Under the pieces are notes generated by a model, which did not search any database, was not told the origin of the DNA, and saw only the letters and a list, made by a program, of their open reading frames with translations. The position numbers and the translations under genes are program-made. A DNA stretch of 64,000 nt, taken from the NCBI GenBank assembly GCA_018815765.1, contig JAHIWM010000102.1:45089-109088 (forward strand), given 5' to 3'. The DNA is from Gammaproteobacteria bacterium. GTDB taxonomy: Bacteria > Pseudomonadota > Gammaproteobacteria > Enterobacterales > Alteromonadaceae. Of the stretch, positions 56,160 through 64,000 are shown piece by piece; positions within the stretch are counted from its first letter, which is position 1, and each line of letters begins with the position of its first letter.

Positions 56160-57386
56160 ATGCGTACCACTTTTAATATGAAGTATAGCCAGAGCCTTGA
56201 TTCAATTTTAGGTACTCAGGATAAATTACAGACCGCCAGCTTAATGCTGAATAAACAGACCAAAATTTTAACTGCGGCTGATGATCCATCAGGCGCAGCC
56301 CGTGCTATAGGTCTGGAAGCGAATATTCAGCAAACCAGTCAATATCAGAATAATAACTCAGCGGCTCGTAACAGCCTGGAATTGCAGGAAACCGTGCATA
56401 AAAGTATCCGTGGAGCTATGGACAGAGCTCGTGTGCTTACGCTGTCTCTGGGCAATGGCACTTACGATGAAGATGATCGTAAAGCTATTGGCGAGCAGTT
56501 GGGTAATATTCGTGACGAACTGTTTGATTTAATGAACCGCCGTGATGAGTTGGGTGGGTATTTATTTTCTGGTTTTCAGGACCAGACTCAACCATACAGC
56601 CTGAACACCGCCAATGGTAAATATGAATTTAATGGTGACGAAGGTCAAAAATCTATTCAGTTGTCTTTGTCTATCTCAATAGCAGCCAATGATAGCGGCC
56701 GTAGTATTTTTGACAGTGTCGACAAAAGATTCCAGACCACAGATCCGACAGTTGGCGCTCCTGTTACTGCTGCTAGCGTGACTGTCGCCAACCAAAGTGT
56801 GTTTGATAATTTCTATAAGCAGAACTATGACGGTTTAACACCAGGTAACAATGATTACTCAGTGGTATTTTCTGCGCCATCCAATTATGAAATTCAGCGT
56901 AATGGTGCTCCTCAGGTTCCTGCTGTGACTGGCGTTTATACACCGGGCGAAGCTATTAATTACAATGGCCTGACTATTGATGCCACTGGGGCTGCGCCAG
57001 GCGGCACAGTTGACTTTAGTTTACAGCCACCAGAAAAAACCAATATTCTGAATTCTTTAACTGACTTAATTAATGGCATTGAAGCTGGTGACAGCGGCGA
57101 TGTTCTGAACGAACGCATTTTGGATGCTACAGTTGAAATCGACAATGCTTCGACGAAAGTTGATTCCGCTATGTCTTCTATAGGTGGACGTCTTAATGTC
57201 ATTGAAAGTATTTTTGGCAGTAATGAAGATGTACTTATTGCCACTAAGTCACATAAAGCTGATGTGGTAGAACTGGATTACAGCACTGGTATTACTGAAT
57301 TAGTCAAACAGGAAACGGCTTTGCAAGCGGTACAGGCTACCTTTAGCAGAGTCACAGGTATCAGTTTGTTTGATTACATTAATTAG
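56160..57386 (+). CDS. flgL: flagellar hook-filament junction protein FlgL (HAP3)
   Basis: 408 aa with a flagellin-like N-terminus (KILTAADDPSGAARAIGLE) and a C-terminal helical region. It follows flgK by 3 nt. Confidence 0.85.
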   Translation: MRTTFNMKYSQSLDSILGTQDKLQTASLMLNKQTKILTAADDPSGAARAIGLEANIQQTSQYQNNNSAARNSLELQETVHKSIRGAMDRARVLTLSLGNGTYDEDDRKAIGEQLGNIRDELFDLMNRRDELGGYLFSGFQDQTQPYSLNTANGKYEFNGDEGQKSIQLSLSISIAANDSGRSIFDSVDKRFQTTDPTVGAPVTAASVTVANQSVFDNFYKQNYDGLTPGNNDYSVVFSAPSNYEIQRNGAPQVPAVTGVYTPGEAINYNGLTIDATGAAPGGTVDFSLQPPEKTNILNSLTDLINGIEAGDSGDVLNERILDATVEIDNASTKVDSAMSSIGGRLNVIESIFGSNEDVLIATKSHKADVVELDYSTGITELVKQETALQAVQATFSRVTGISLFDYIN

Positions 57387-57401
57387 GGATAATTTGGGCA
57401 G

Positions 57402-58967
57402 ATGATAGGGAAATTTATGCTCCTGAACGAGCTGCAGAACTACGATAATTCTTATTTAAATGAAAAAAGCTGGCCTATTGTAGATTTTTATAACTGGGAT
57501 GAGCAGAGCTTTGAGCCACTTCCTGTTGAGCAAAAAATTGAGTTATTACTCACTTTTAACCCATTATCCGCCCCAGTCAAACTATGGTATTGGATGCAAT
57601 GGAATTTAGTTGCACCTGAAAAGGTTGATAAAACGGATTTCTACAATCTTTTCGGAGATTTGCCGCTAAGTCAAAAATACATGGTATACAGCCAGTTAGT
57701 TAGAGCTGGTTTTGTTGGTAAGTCTCAGGGCATTGATACTTATCCTTTATTTGTCATGATTTTCGATGAGTTTGCTCTTGCTCGCAATGCTATTGGACAG
57801 GTAGCCCATTTAACAGCTGATGCGAATGAAGATGTTGTATTTGTGCTAACGAATCTGTTTGTCGGTTCGTCTCACGGTCCAACGTTGACTACTCTAAATT
57901 ATGCTAGTGCATTGCGACGAATGGGGAAACACCCAATCGTTATATCTACGACCTGCGTACCTAAAGTGGCTATGTATAAATATCCGCTTCCAGCTCCCGT
58001 GTTTTTTGGCAATGTCAGAGAAGAATATTTCAAAAATAATACGTTATTCAACATTGATCACAGAACCGAGACCGAATTAGCCGGTAGGGTTATGGTTGAA
58101 TGTTGGGGCGAACAATTCGATTTCGTTCAGTTGGCTCCCATGGATGATCCTGCACATTTACAAGAGCTGATCCAATTAGTTAACAGTCTCAACCCTCGTT
58201 ATATTCTTGGGGTTGGTGCTATGAATCCTGTGCTTGAGTTGATAGCCGCAGCGCGACCTGTATTAAATATCCCTTGCGTCACATCTCTGGTGACTACCCC
58301 ACATTCGGTTCCTGTATTACACAGAGAACTGACACAGAGTGATGAGCTGCGTCTTCAGCATATTGACTATAAAAAGCCAGTGTTAATTAGCCGCTTACCT
58401 TTCAGGTTGAGAGAGAATAAAGGTCTTCGCACTAGCTCAATAGAGGATCGTGCTTTAAATTTCGTTGTCGTAGGGCATCGATTGGAGCAGGAAATTAAAG
58501 CTGATTTCATTCAGACTTTAGTGACGTTAAAGACAATGTTCTCACAAGCTGCATTTGTATTTATTGGCCCTGACAACTTGCCTGCATTGCCAGCTATGAT
58601 TCAACAATGTAGCTATTTCACCGGCATGGTCAGCAACGCTATCGAGTTAATTGGCACCTGTCACTTTATGTTGAATCCAAGACGCCAAGGAGGAGGAACG
58701 TCCGCAATAGAAGCTATGAGTTTAGGCATTCCAGTCTTAACCGAACCTTTCGGAGATGTTTATCAGTATATTGGTGATGCTTTTGTTTGTTGTAATGATG
58801 ACGAACGCGTTGAGTTTATTCGCACCTATTTAAATGAATCTGAATGTCGTAGTTTTTACGATGAGCACTGCCGTGCTGTCTATGACGCTGCTACTGATAC
58901 AGCCAGCCTGCTTCAGCATTTATTACTTGATTTTGATCAGTACATTTATCAGCATTTTGCCGTCTGA
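57402..58967 (+). CDS. GT-B-fold glycosyltransferase-like protein (GT41/FlmG-like C-terminus), candidate flagellin glycosyltransferase
   Basis: 521 aa, beginning 15 nt after flgL. The C-terminal half has LNFVVVGHRLEQE...FIGPDN... and NPRRQGGGTSAIEAMSLGIPVLTEPFGD, resembling the donor-binding half of GT-B enzymes. The N-terminal roughly 300 aa are unassigned. Confidence 0.5.
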   Translation: MIGKFMLLNELQNYDNSYLNEKSWPIVDFYNWDEQSFEPLPVEQKIELLLTFNPLSAPVKLWYWMQWNLVAPEKVDKTDFYNLFGDLPLSQKYMVYSQLVRAGFVGKSQGIDTYPLFVMIFDEFALARNAIGQVAHLTADANEDVVFVLTNLFVGSSHGPTLTTLNYASALRRMGKHPIVISTTCVPKVAMYKYPLPAPVFFGNVREEYFKNNTLFNIDHRTETELAGRVMVECWGEQFDFVQLAPMDDPAHLQELIQLVNSLNPRYILGVGAMNPVLELIAAARPVLNIPCVTSLVTTPHSVPVLHRELTQSDELRLQHIDYKKPVLISRLPFRLRENKGLRTSSIEDRALNFVVVGHRLEQEIKADFIQTLVTLKTMFSQAAFVFIGPDNLPALPAMIQQCSYFTGMVSNAIELIGTCHFMLNPRRQGGGTSAIEAMSLGIPVLTEPFGDVYQYIGDAFVCCNDDERVEFIRTYLNESECRSFYDEHCRAVYDAATDTASLLQHLLLDFDQYIYQHFAV

Positions 58968-58979
58968 GCCTTCCTGAAA

Positions 58980-59020
58980 TCTAAGCATATTTATCTGAAT
59001 TAGATTTGCTTAGAATTTTT
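58980..59020 (+). terminator. hairpin plus T-run after the glycosyltransferase-like gene
   Basis: TCTAAGCA...TGCTTAGA forms the stem, with an inner ATCT/AGAT pairing, followed by ATTTTT. Confidence 0.35.
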
Positions 59021-59031
59021 CTAAAAAATAT

Positions 59032-59058
59032 TAAACTTTTTTTCTTCAGTGCCGATAC
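59032..59058 (+). promoter_or_regulatory. sigma28-type promoter (distal) of flagellin 1
   Basis: TAAACTTT-N11-GCCGATAC. Confidence 0.55.
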
Positions 59059-59124
59059 ACAATAATCATTATAAATGAACCTATGACTCCCTCTGATTTA
59101 TTACTAATAAAATATAAATTTTCC

Positions 59125-59151
59125 TAAAGAAATTCCGCTCTTGTCCGATAC
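59125..59151 (+). promoter_or_regulatory. sigma28-type promoter (proximal) of flagellin 1
   Basis: TAAAGAAA-N11-TCCGATAC, 68 nt upstream of ATG 59219. Confidence 0.55.
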
Positions 59152-59218
59152 ATTAATTAAGCAGGGATTAAAAACAATAAATACTCTGCATATACTATAA
59201 TGTTCAGGAGAAATAAAA

Positions 59219-60046
59219 ATGGCTTTATTTGTAAATAGTAATATTTCAGCATTAAATGCTCAAAGACAATTAATCAATTCAGGCAAATCTTTAGATACCG
59301 CGTTTCAGCGTTTATCTTCAGGTTTTCGTATCAACAGTGCTGCAGATGATGCTGCAGGCTTGCAGATCAGCAACCGCTTAACATCACAGATCAATGGTCT
59401 GAACCAAGGCATAAGTAATGCGAACGATGGTATTTCTTTAGCCCAGACTGCTGAAGGTGCGATGGAAGAAATCACCAACGCGCTGCAGCGTATCCGGACT
59501 TTGGCCATACAGTCACAGAATGGTATTAACAGTTCAGGTGACCGTACAGCACTGCAAAAAGAAGTGTCAGCACTGAAAACGGAAATTAACCGTATTTCAA
59601 CTACAACCCAGTTTGGTGGTGTGAATCTGCTGGATGGAAAGTACTCTTCAACTTTCCTGGTGGGTGCGAATGCGGGCCAGACCATCAGTATCAATATTTC
59701 CAGACCCAATGGTTATGGGACTTCAGGCCTTGGTATGACGAGCTTGTCTGTAGCTTCGACAGGACTTGCATCGGCAGCCATCACCAGTATTGACAGTGCA
59801 ATCAAAGCAATAGACAGCAAGAGGGCAGACCTGGGTGCGTTGCAAAACCGTTTCCAGTCTACCATCCGAAATTTATCAAATATTGTGGAAAATATTTCCT
59901 CAGCACGTAGCCGTATTAAAGACACAGACTTTGCGAAAGAAACTGCAGAGCTGACCCGTGCTCAGATTTTACAGCAGGCCAGTACCACTATTTTATCGCA
60001 GGCGAATCAGCGACCACAGGCCGCACTTTCACTGCTGCAGGGTTAA
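59219..60046 (+). CDS. flagellin (short, D0/D1-only type), copy 1
   Basis: 275 aa. N-terminus FVNSNISALNAQRQL...[23 protein letters not shown] and C-terminus [15 protein letters not shown]...[26 protein letters not shown]. Confidence 0.95.
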   Translation: MALFVNSNISALNAQRQLINSGKSLDTAFQRLSSGFRINSAADDAAGLQISNRLTSQINGLNQGISNANDGISLAQTAEGAMEEITNALQRIRTLAIQSQNGINSSGDRTALQKEVSALKTEINRISTTTQFGGVNLLDGKYSSTFLVGANAGQTISINISRPNGYGTSGLGMTSLSVASTGLASAAITSIDSAIKAIDSKRADLGALQNRFQSTIRNLSNIVENISSARSRIKDTDFAKETAELTRAQILQQASTTILSQANQRPQAALSLLQG

Positions 60047-60218
60047 TAGTCAGTACGGCACTTTATTGAAATAAATCGAACGAGGCTGGCAGAACAGATC
60101 TGCGAGCCCCTGACAATCAACTTTATGACGCTTGCTGGTTCAGGCAATACATACCGGCCGTCAAAGGAAAAGAGGAAAAGCTTTATGGCTATATATACAC
60201 TAACCGGAGGATGACACC

Positions 60219-61043
60219 ATGTCATTATATGTAAATACCAACGTATCAGCGATCAATGCACAACGTCAGTTAATTAATTCTGGCGGTTCACTGGATACAG
60301 CTTTTAAACGTTTATCATCAGGTTTTCGTATCAACAGCGCAGCTGATGATGCGGCTGGTTTACAAATCAGTAACCGTTTATCTTCTCAGATTAACGGTTT
60401 GAACCAGGCGATTAGTAATGCCAATGACGGTATTTCTTTAGCACAGACTGCTGAAGGTGCGATGGAAGAGATCACAAACTCATTGCAACGTATCCGCACT
60501 CTGGCAGTCCAGTCACAGAACGGTATCAACAGTTCAGGCGACCGTACTGCGTTACAAAAAGAAGTATCAGCATTAAAGACTGAAATAAACCGTATCAGAG
60601 ATACAACTCAGTTTGGGGGCGTGAATTTACTGGATGGTAAGTTCTCTGCAAACTTCCTGGTGGGTGCTAACGCCGGACAGAATATTTTAGTGAAAATGTC
60701 CCGTGGTGGTGGTTATGGTACGTCGGGTTTGGGTATTAAGTCGCTGACAGTTCAAACTGTTGGTGGTGCTTCAGCAGCTATTGCCAGCATCGACAGCGCT
60801 ATCAAAGCAATTGATAGTCAACGTGCAGATTTAGGTGCTATCCAAAACCGTTTTCAGTCTACTATTCGTAACCTGAGTAACATTGTGGAAAACGTATCGG
60901 CCGCACGTAGTCGGATTAAAGATACGGACTTTGCGAAGGAAACTGCAGAGTTAACACGTTCGCAGATCCTGCAGCAGGCCAGTACTACTATCCTGTCACA
61001 GGCGAATCAGCGTCCACAGGCTGCCTTATCACTGTTAGGTTAA
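60219..61043 (+). CDS. flagellin, copy 2
   Basis: 274 aa, highly similar to copies 1 and 3. GGAGGA RBS. I could not find a sigma28 or sigma54 motif in the 172-nt spacer upstream. Confidence 0.95.
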   Translation: MSLYVNTNVSAINAQRQLINSGGSLDTAFKRLSSGFRINSAADDAAGLQISNRLSSQINGLNQAISNANDGISLAQTAEGAMEEITNSLQRIRTLAVQSQNGINSSGDRTALQKEVSALKTEINRIRDTTQFGGVNLLDGKFSANFLVGANAGQNILVKMSRGGGYGTSGLGIKSLTVQTVGGASAAIASIDSAIKAIDSQRADLGAIQNRFQSTIRNLSNIVENVSAARSRIKDTDFAKETAELTRSQILQQASTTILSQANQRPQAALSLLG

Positions 61044-61075
61044 TTTAAAAAAAATAACCGCAATGACATGGTAAT

Positions 61076-61128
61076 AAAATGGGGTCAGATCACATTTCTG
61101 CAGAGGAAATGTGATCTGACCCCATTTT
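61076..61128. repeat. palindromic intergenic repeat, subfamily B variant (copy 4)
   Basis: AAAATGGGGTCAGATCACATTTC-tgcagag-GAAATGTGATCTGACCCCATTTT has the same outer arms as B1-B3 and a different inner stem and loop. A long T-run follows. It lies 32 nt after the flagellin-2 stop. Confidence 0.85.
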
Positions 61129-61227
61129 TTTTGCTTTTTTAAAATATTTTACCGTTTATAACTTTATGAAAAATAAAGGAAAGTGAGTTTTTTTGCCATC
61201 AAGTGGAAAATAATTGCCTTTTTTTCC

Positions 61228-61254
61228 TAAAGTCCTGAAGTTAGTTGCCGATAC
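61228..61254 (+). promoter_or_regulatory. sigma28-type promoter of flagellin 3
   Basis: TAAAGTCC-N11-GCCGATAC, about 100 nt upstream of ATG 61356. Confidence 0.65.
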
Positions 61255-61355
61255 CTAGTTAAGCCAAATTGCAGTTTGGCGAAAATTGCGGGGTTCCGCT
61301 TAACAATAAAGTTGTGTCAGGGTTTGCAGACTCGTCGCAACTTAAGGAGTGACTT

Positions 61356-62180
61356 ATGGCTTTAGCAGTAAACACCAACGTATCCGCGTTAAACGCACAA
61401 CGTCAGTTATTATCATCTGGCAGCGCTTTGGATACTTCATTCAAACGTTTATCTTCTGGTTTCCGTATCAACAGCGCGGCAGACGATGCTGCTGGTTTGC
61501 AAATCAGTAACCGTTTATCTTCCCAGATCAACGGTCTGAACCAGGCAATCAGTAATGCCAACGACGGTATTTCTTTAGCACAGACTGCTGAAGGTGCGAT
61601 GGAAGAGATCACCAACTCCTTACAACGTATCCGTACTCTGGCAGTTCAATCTCAAAATGGTATCAACAGTTCAGGTGACCGCACTGCACTTCAGAAAGAA
61701 GTATCTGCGCTGAAAACTGAAATCAACCGTATCAAAGATACCACTCAGTTTGGTGGTGTGAATTTACTGGATGGTAAGTTCTCTGCTAACTTCCTGGTAG
61801 GCGCCAATGCTGGTCAGAACATTAATGTTGCTATGTCTCGCAGCGGTGGTTACGGTACATCTGGTCTGGGTATTAAAGACTTAAGTGTTAAAACAGTAGG
61901 TGGTGCTTCTGCTGCTCTTGCCAGTATCGATAGCGCTATCAAAGCTATTGACTCTACACGTGCAGATTTAGGTGCGATCCAAAACCGCTTCCAGTCTACA
62001 ATCCGTAACTTAAGCAACATCGTTGAAAACGTATCGTCTGCACGTAGCCGTATTCGTGACACCGATTTTGCGAAAGAAACTGCTGAGTTAACCCGGGCAC
62101 AGATATTGCAGCAAGCCAGTACTACTATCTTGTCTCAGGCTAACACCAGACCTCAAACTGCACTATCCTTATTAGGTTAA
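61356..62180 (+). CDS. flagellin, copy 3
   Basis: 274 aa, about 90% identical by eye to copy 2. AAGGAG RBS. Confidence 0.95.
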   Translation: MALAVNTNVSALNAQRQLLSSGSALDTSFKRLSSGFRINSAADDAAGLQISNRLSSQINGLNQAISNANDGISLAQTAEGAMEEITNSLQRIRTLAVQSQNGINSSGDRTALQKEVSALKTEINRIKDTTQFGGVNLLDGKFSANFLVGANAGQNINVAMSRSGGYGTSGLGIKDLSVKTVGGASAALASIDSAIKAIDSTRADLGAIQNRFQSTIRNLSNIVENVSSARSRIRDTDFAKETAELTRAQILQQASTTILSQANTRPQTALSLLG

Positions 62181-62190
62181 CAGTAGAATA

Positions 62191-62222
62191 GGCGGGGACT
62201 TATTAAAGTCTTCGCCAGTTTT
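62191..62222 (+). terminator. hairpin plus U-run after flagellin 3 (overlaps the flaG promoter motif)
   Basis: GGCGGGGACTT-atta-AAGTCTTCGCC forms an 11-bp stem with two G.U pairs, followed by AGTTTT. Confidence 0.45.
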
Positions 62223-62230
62223 GCCGATAA
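62204..62230 (+). promoter_or_regulatory. sigma28-type motif upstream of flaG
   Basis: TAAAGTCT-N11-GCCGATAA has a perfect -10 element. That element ends only 8 nt before ATG 62239 and 14 nt before ATG 62245. Confidence 0.5.
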
Positions 62231-62238
62231 AGAGGTAG

Positions 62239-62649
62239 ATGCATATGAGTTCAGTAATAACGGGTAATTTTGGTTATCAGCCAACGGCGCCCGCCGCTGT
62301 GGCTAATGTTGCAGTCGAGCTGAACAAAGTTAAAAGTAGCTCTGAGGCTATTCAACCAGAGAGCAAAGCAAAAACTGAGCAAGAGCAGACGATGCAGGCA
62401 GTTAGTGTGGATGAACTGGGAAATGCCGTTGAGGATATCAATCAGTTTGTGAATTCTCAGGGACGCACTTTAAATTTTTCTGTCGATGAAGAATCAGGTA
62501 AGCCGGTGGTTAAGGTCATTGATTTTGAAACCAAAGAAGTGATTCGTCAGATCCCATCTGAAGAAGTGCTTACTATGGCTAAGGCAATCAAGAGATTACA
62601 GGAAGACCTTGGTTCTGCAACAGGTTTAATGTTTGATAAAACGATATAA
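62239..62649 (+). CDS. flaG: FlaG-family flagellar protein
   Basis: 136 aa. The C-terminal LNFSVDEESGKPVVKVIDFETKEVIRQIPSEEVLTMAKAI is the FlaG signature. Start may be ATG 62239 or 62245. Confidence 0.85.
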   Translation: MHMSSVITGNFGYQPTAPAAVANVAVELNKVKSSSEAIQPESKAKTEQEQTMQAVSVDELGNAVEDINQFVNSQGRTLNFSVDEESGKPVVKVIDFETKEVIRQIPSEEVLTMAKAIKRLQEDLGSATGLMFDKTI

Positions 62650-62662
62650 GAGAGGATGAATC

Positions 62663-64000
62663 ATGGCGATCCGGTCGTTAGGTGCTGCATCAGGGCTTGA
62701 CCTTGAAAGTCTGGTAACACAGTTAGTCCAGGTGGAACGAGACAGTAAAGTAAGCCGTCTGGACACTACGAAAAAGGAACTTGATTCAACTCTTTCTGGT
62801 TTCGGCAAATTAAAATCAGCTTTGACTAAGCTCAAAGATGCTTCGGTGGCACTGGGCGAAGATAAGCTGAGATCCAGAACCACAACAATAAAACAGCCAA
62901 CCGATACTAAAACCTACCTGGAAGCTAAATCCAGCGGTACAGCTGCTGCAGGCAATTTTGATATTAAAGTCAAATCTGTAGCCACTGGCAGCAGAATTGA
63001 AAGCCCTGACAATGCGTATAGCGGCGCCACTGCATTGATCAGCACTACTGCAGGTAAGTTAACCTTCGAAGCTGACGGGAAAAGCTTCGATGTCGATGTT
63101 AAAGCTAATATGACACTCGATGAATTCCGGAAGGCGGTGAATAATGCCTCAGGAAATTTTGGCGTAACGGCGAATATTATTAATGCCGGTGATGGCACTG
63201 GTACAAAATTAGTTCTGAACTCTTCTGTTACAGGTGAAGGTAATGATCTTAAGATCAGCAATAATAATGCTGAACTGGATGCGTTATCTACAGTTGCCAA
63301 CGGCAGTACAGTGGACGGTTCAGGTGGGCTTGAAGTTGCCATAGAGGCAGGTGATGCCGAAGTTGAGATTGATGGTATTAGTGTAAAAAGTAAAACCAAT
63401 ACTTTTACCAATGCTATTCAGGATACAGAACTCAAAGTATTGGCCGTTACACCCACTGACAATAATGCCACTTTGACTATAGCTACTGACAAGAAAGCTG
63501 CGGAAGAAAAAATTCAGGCTTTTATTACGGCCTATAATGCTTTGATCACTGAAGTGGATAGTTTAACCAAGAATCGTACCTTGGGAGACGACGGTAAAAC
63601 TGTTCTGTCTGAAGGGGGAGCTTTAAGCGGCGACCCTATGGTTCGTAGTATTATGAATCAGGTTACAAAAAGCTTAGGCGGTGTTTTTTCATCTGGTGGC
63701 TCAGAGCTCAATAACTTGTACGCTTTGGGAATCACCCTGAATGATCAGGGCAAGATGGAGATTTCAACATCTACTTTATATGGTGGAGACTCGGGTCGTA
63801 CGCGTTTTGACAACGCACTTGAGAACAACTACGACCGAATTGCAGATTTATTTGGTGGTACTGATGGTATCAGCGAATCCTTAGATGATCTTATTTCTCA
63901 GTTTACAGCCCGTGATGGCCTGTTAGTGAACAAAGAAGACTCACTTAAAGCACAATTAAAGAAAAATACTAAAGATCGTGATGCTTTTGAACGATATATA
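62663..64000 (+). CDS. fliD: flagellar filament cap protein FliD (HAP2), 5' part
   Basis: ATG 62663 with GAGAGGA RBS. The frame is open for 446 codons to the window edge, which is why it is absent from the ORF track. N-terminus MAIRSLGAASGLDLESLVTQLVQVERDSKVSRLD is typical of FliD. Confidence 0.85.
   Translation, partial: MAIRSLGAASGLDLESLVTQLVQVERDSKVSRLDTTKKELDSTLSGFGKLKSALTKLKDASVALGEDKLRSRTTTIKQPTDTKTYLEAKSSGTAAAGNFDIKVKSVATGSRIESPDNAYSGATALISTTAGKLTFEADGKSFDVDVKANMTLDEFRKAVNNASGNFGVTANIINAGDGTGTKLVLNSSVTGEGNDLKISNNNAELDALSTVANGSTVDGSGGLEVAIEAGDAEVEIDGISVKSKTNTFTNAIQDTELKVLAVTPTDNNATLTIATDKKAAEEKIQAFITAYNALITEVDSLTKNRTLGDDGKTVLSEGGALSGDPMVRSIMNQVTKSLGGVFSSGGSELNNLYALGITLNDQGKMEISTSTLYGGDSGRTRFDNALENNYDRIADLFGGTDGISESLDDLISQFTARDGLLVNKEDSLKAQLKKNTKDRDAFERYI

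Noticed and set aside
60047-60218. sigma54-like strings upstream of flagellin 2 (TGGCAGaacagatcTGC and CGGCACtttatTGA)
   Set aside because: The GG-to-GC spacing is wrong by 1-2 nt, or the GC dinucleotide is missing. No valid -24/-12 or sigma28 motif was found.
62914-63411. 165-aa ORF on the minus strand; also the 85-aa ORF at 62626-62883
   Set aside because: Both are antisense to the open fliD frame (62663 to the window end). fliD is missing from the ORF track only because it has no stop codon within the window.

Overview
This is a 64-kb chromosomal window from a polar-flagellated gammaproteobacterium. Gene order resembles Vibrio, Shewanella and Alteromonadales; the genus cannot be determined by eye. 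No transposase, integrase, phage gene, CRISPR array or rRNA is visible. Positions 1-31 kb carry mixed housekeeping, envelope and signalling genes. These include a PBP-like / outer-membrane protein / GGDEF-EAL trio, a 1032-aa GT51/PBP-like protein, slyD, mtfA, upp and a TorT-like protein. They also include a signal-peptide ATP-dependent DNA ligase (LigE type), tpx, a DesCB-like desaturase pair, dbpA, and the conserved block mutH | rppH-ptsP-lgt-thyA. The mutH-rppH spacer holds a DnaA-box cluster that looks like DARS2. Positions 31-64 kb are a Vibrio-type flagellar region. It runs: three FlgO-domain lipoproteins, flgT, flgP, flgN-flgM-flgA, cheV-cheR, flgBCDE, flgFGHIJ, flgKL, a GT-B glycosyltransferase-like gene, three tandem short flagellins, flaG and the 5' part of fliD. 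Sigma54 (-24/-12) and sigma28 motifs can be read directly upstream of most of these operons. The most interesting region is 34.3-40.4 kb, which lies between the flgO-like genes and flgT/flgP. It encodes a chaperone-usher-like fibre operon: two DUF4402-like subunits, a PapD-like chaperone, a 1056-aa usher-like protein with a C-terminal SPOR domain, and a SPOR lipoprotein. It is preceded by a near-consensus FliA (sigma28) promoter motif and bounded by tRNA-Arg(CCT). A palindromic repeat family with a GGGTCAGA core occurs 7 times, always just after stop codons, and appears to act as a bidirectional terminator. All family assignments rest on motif recognition by eye; no database search was run.
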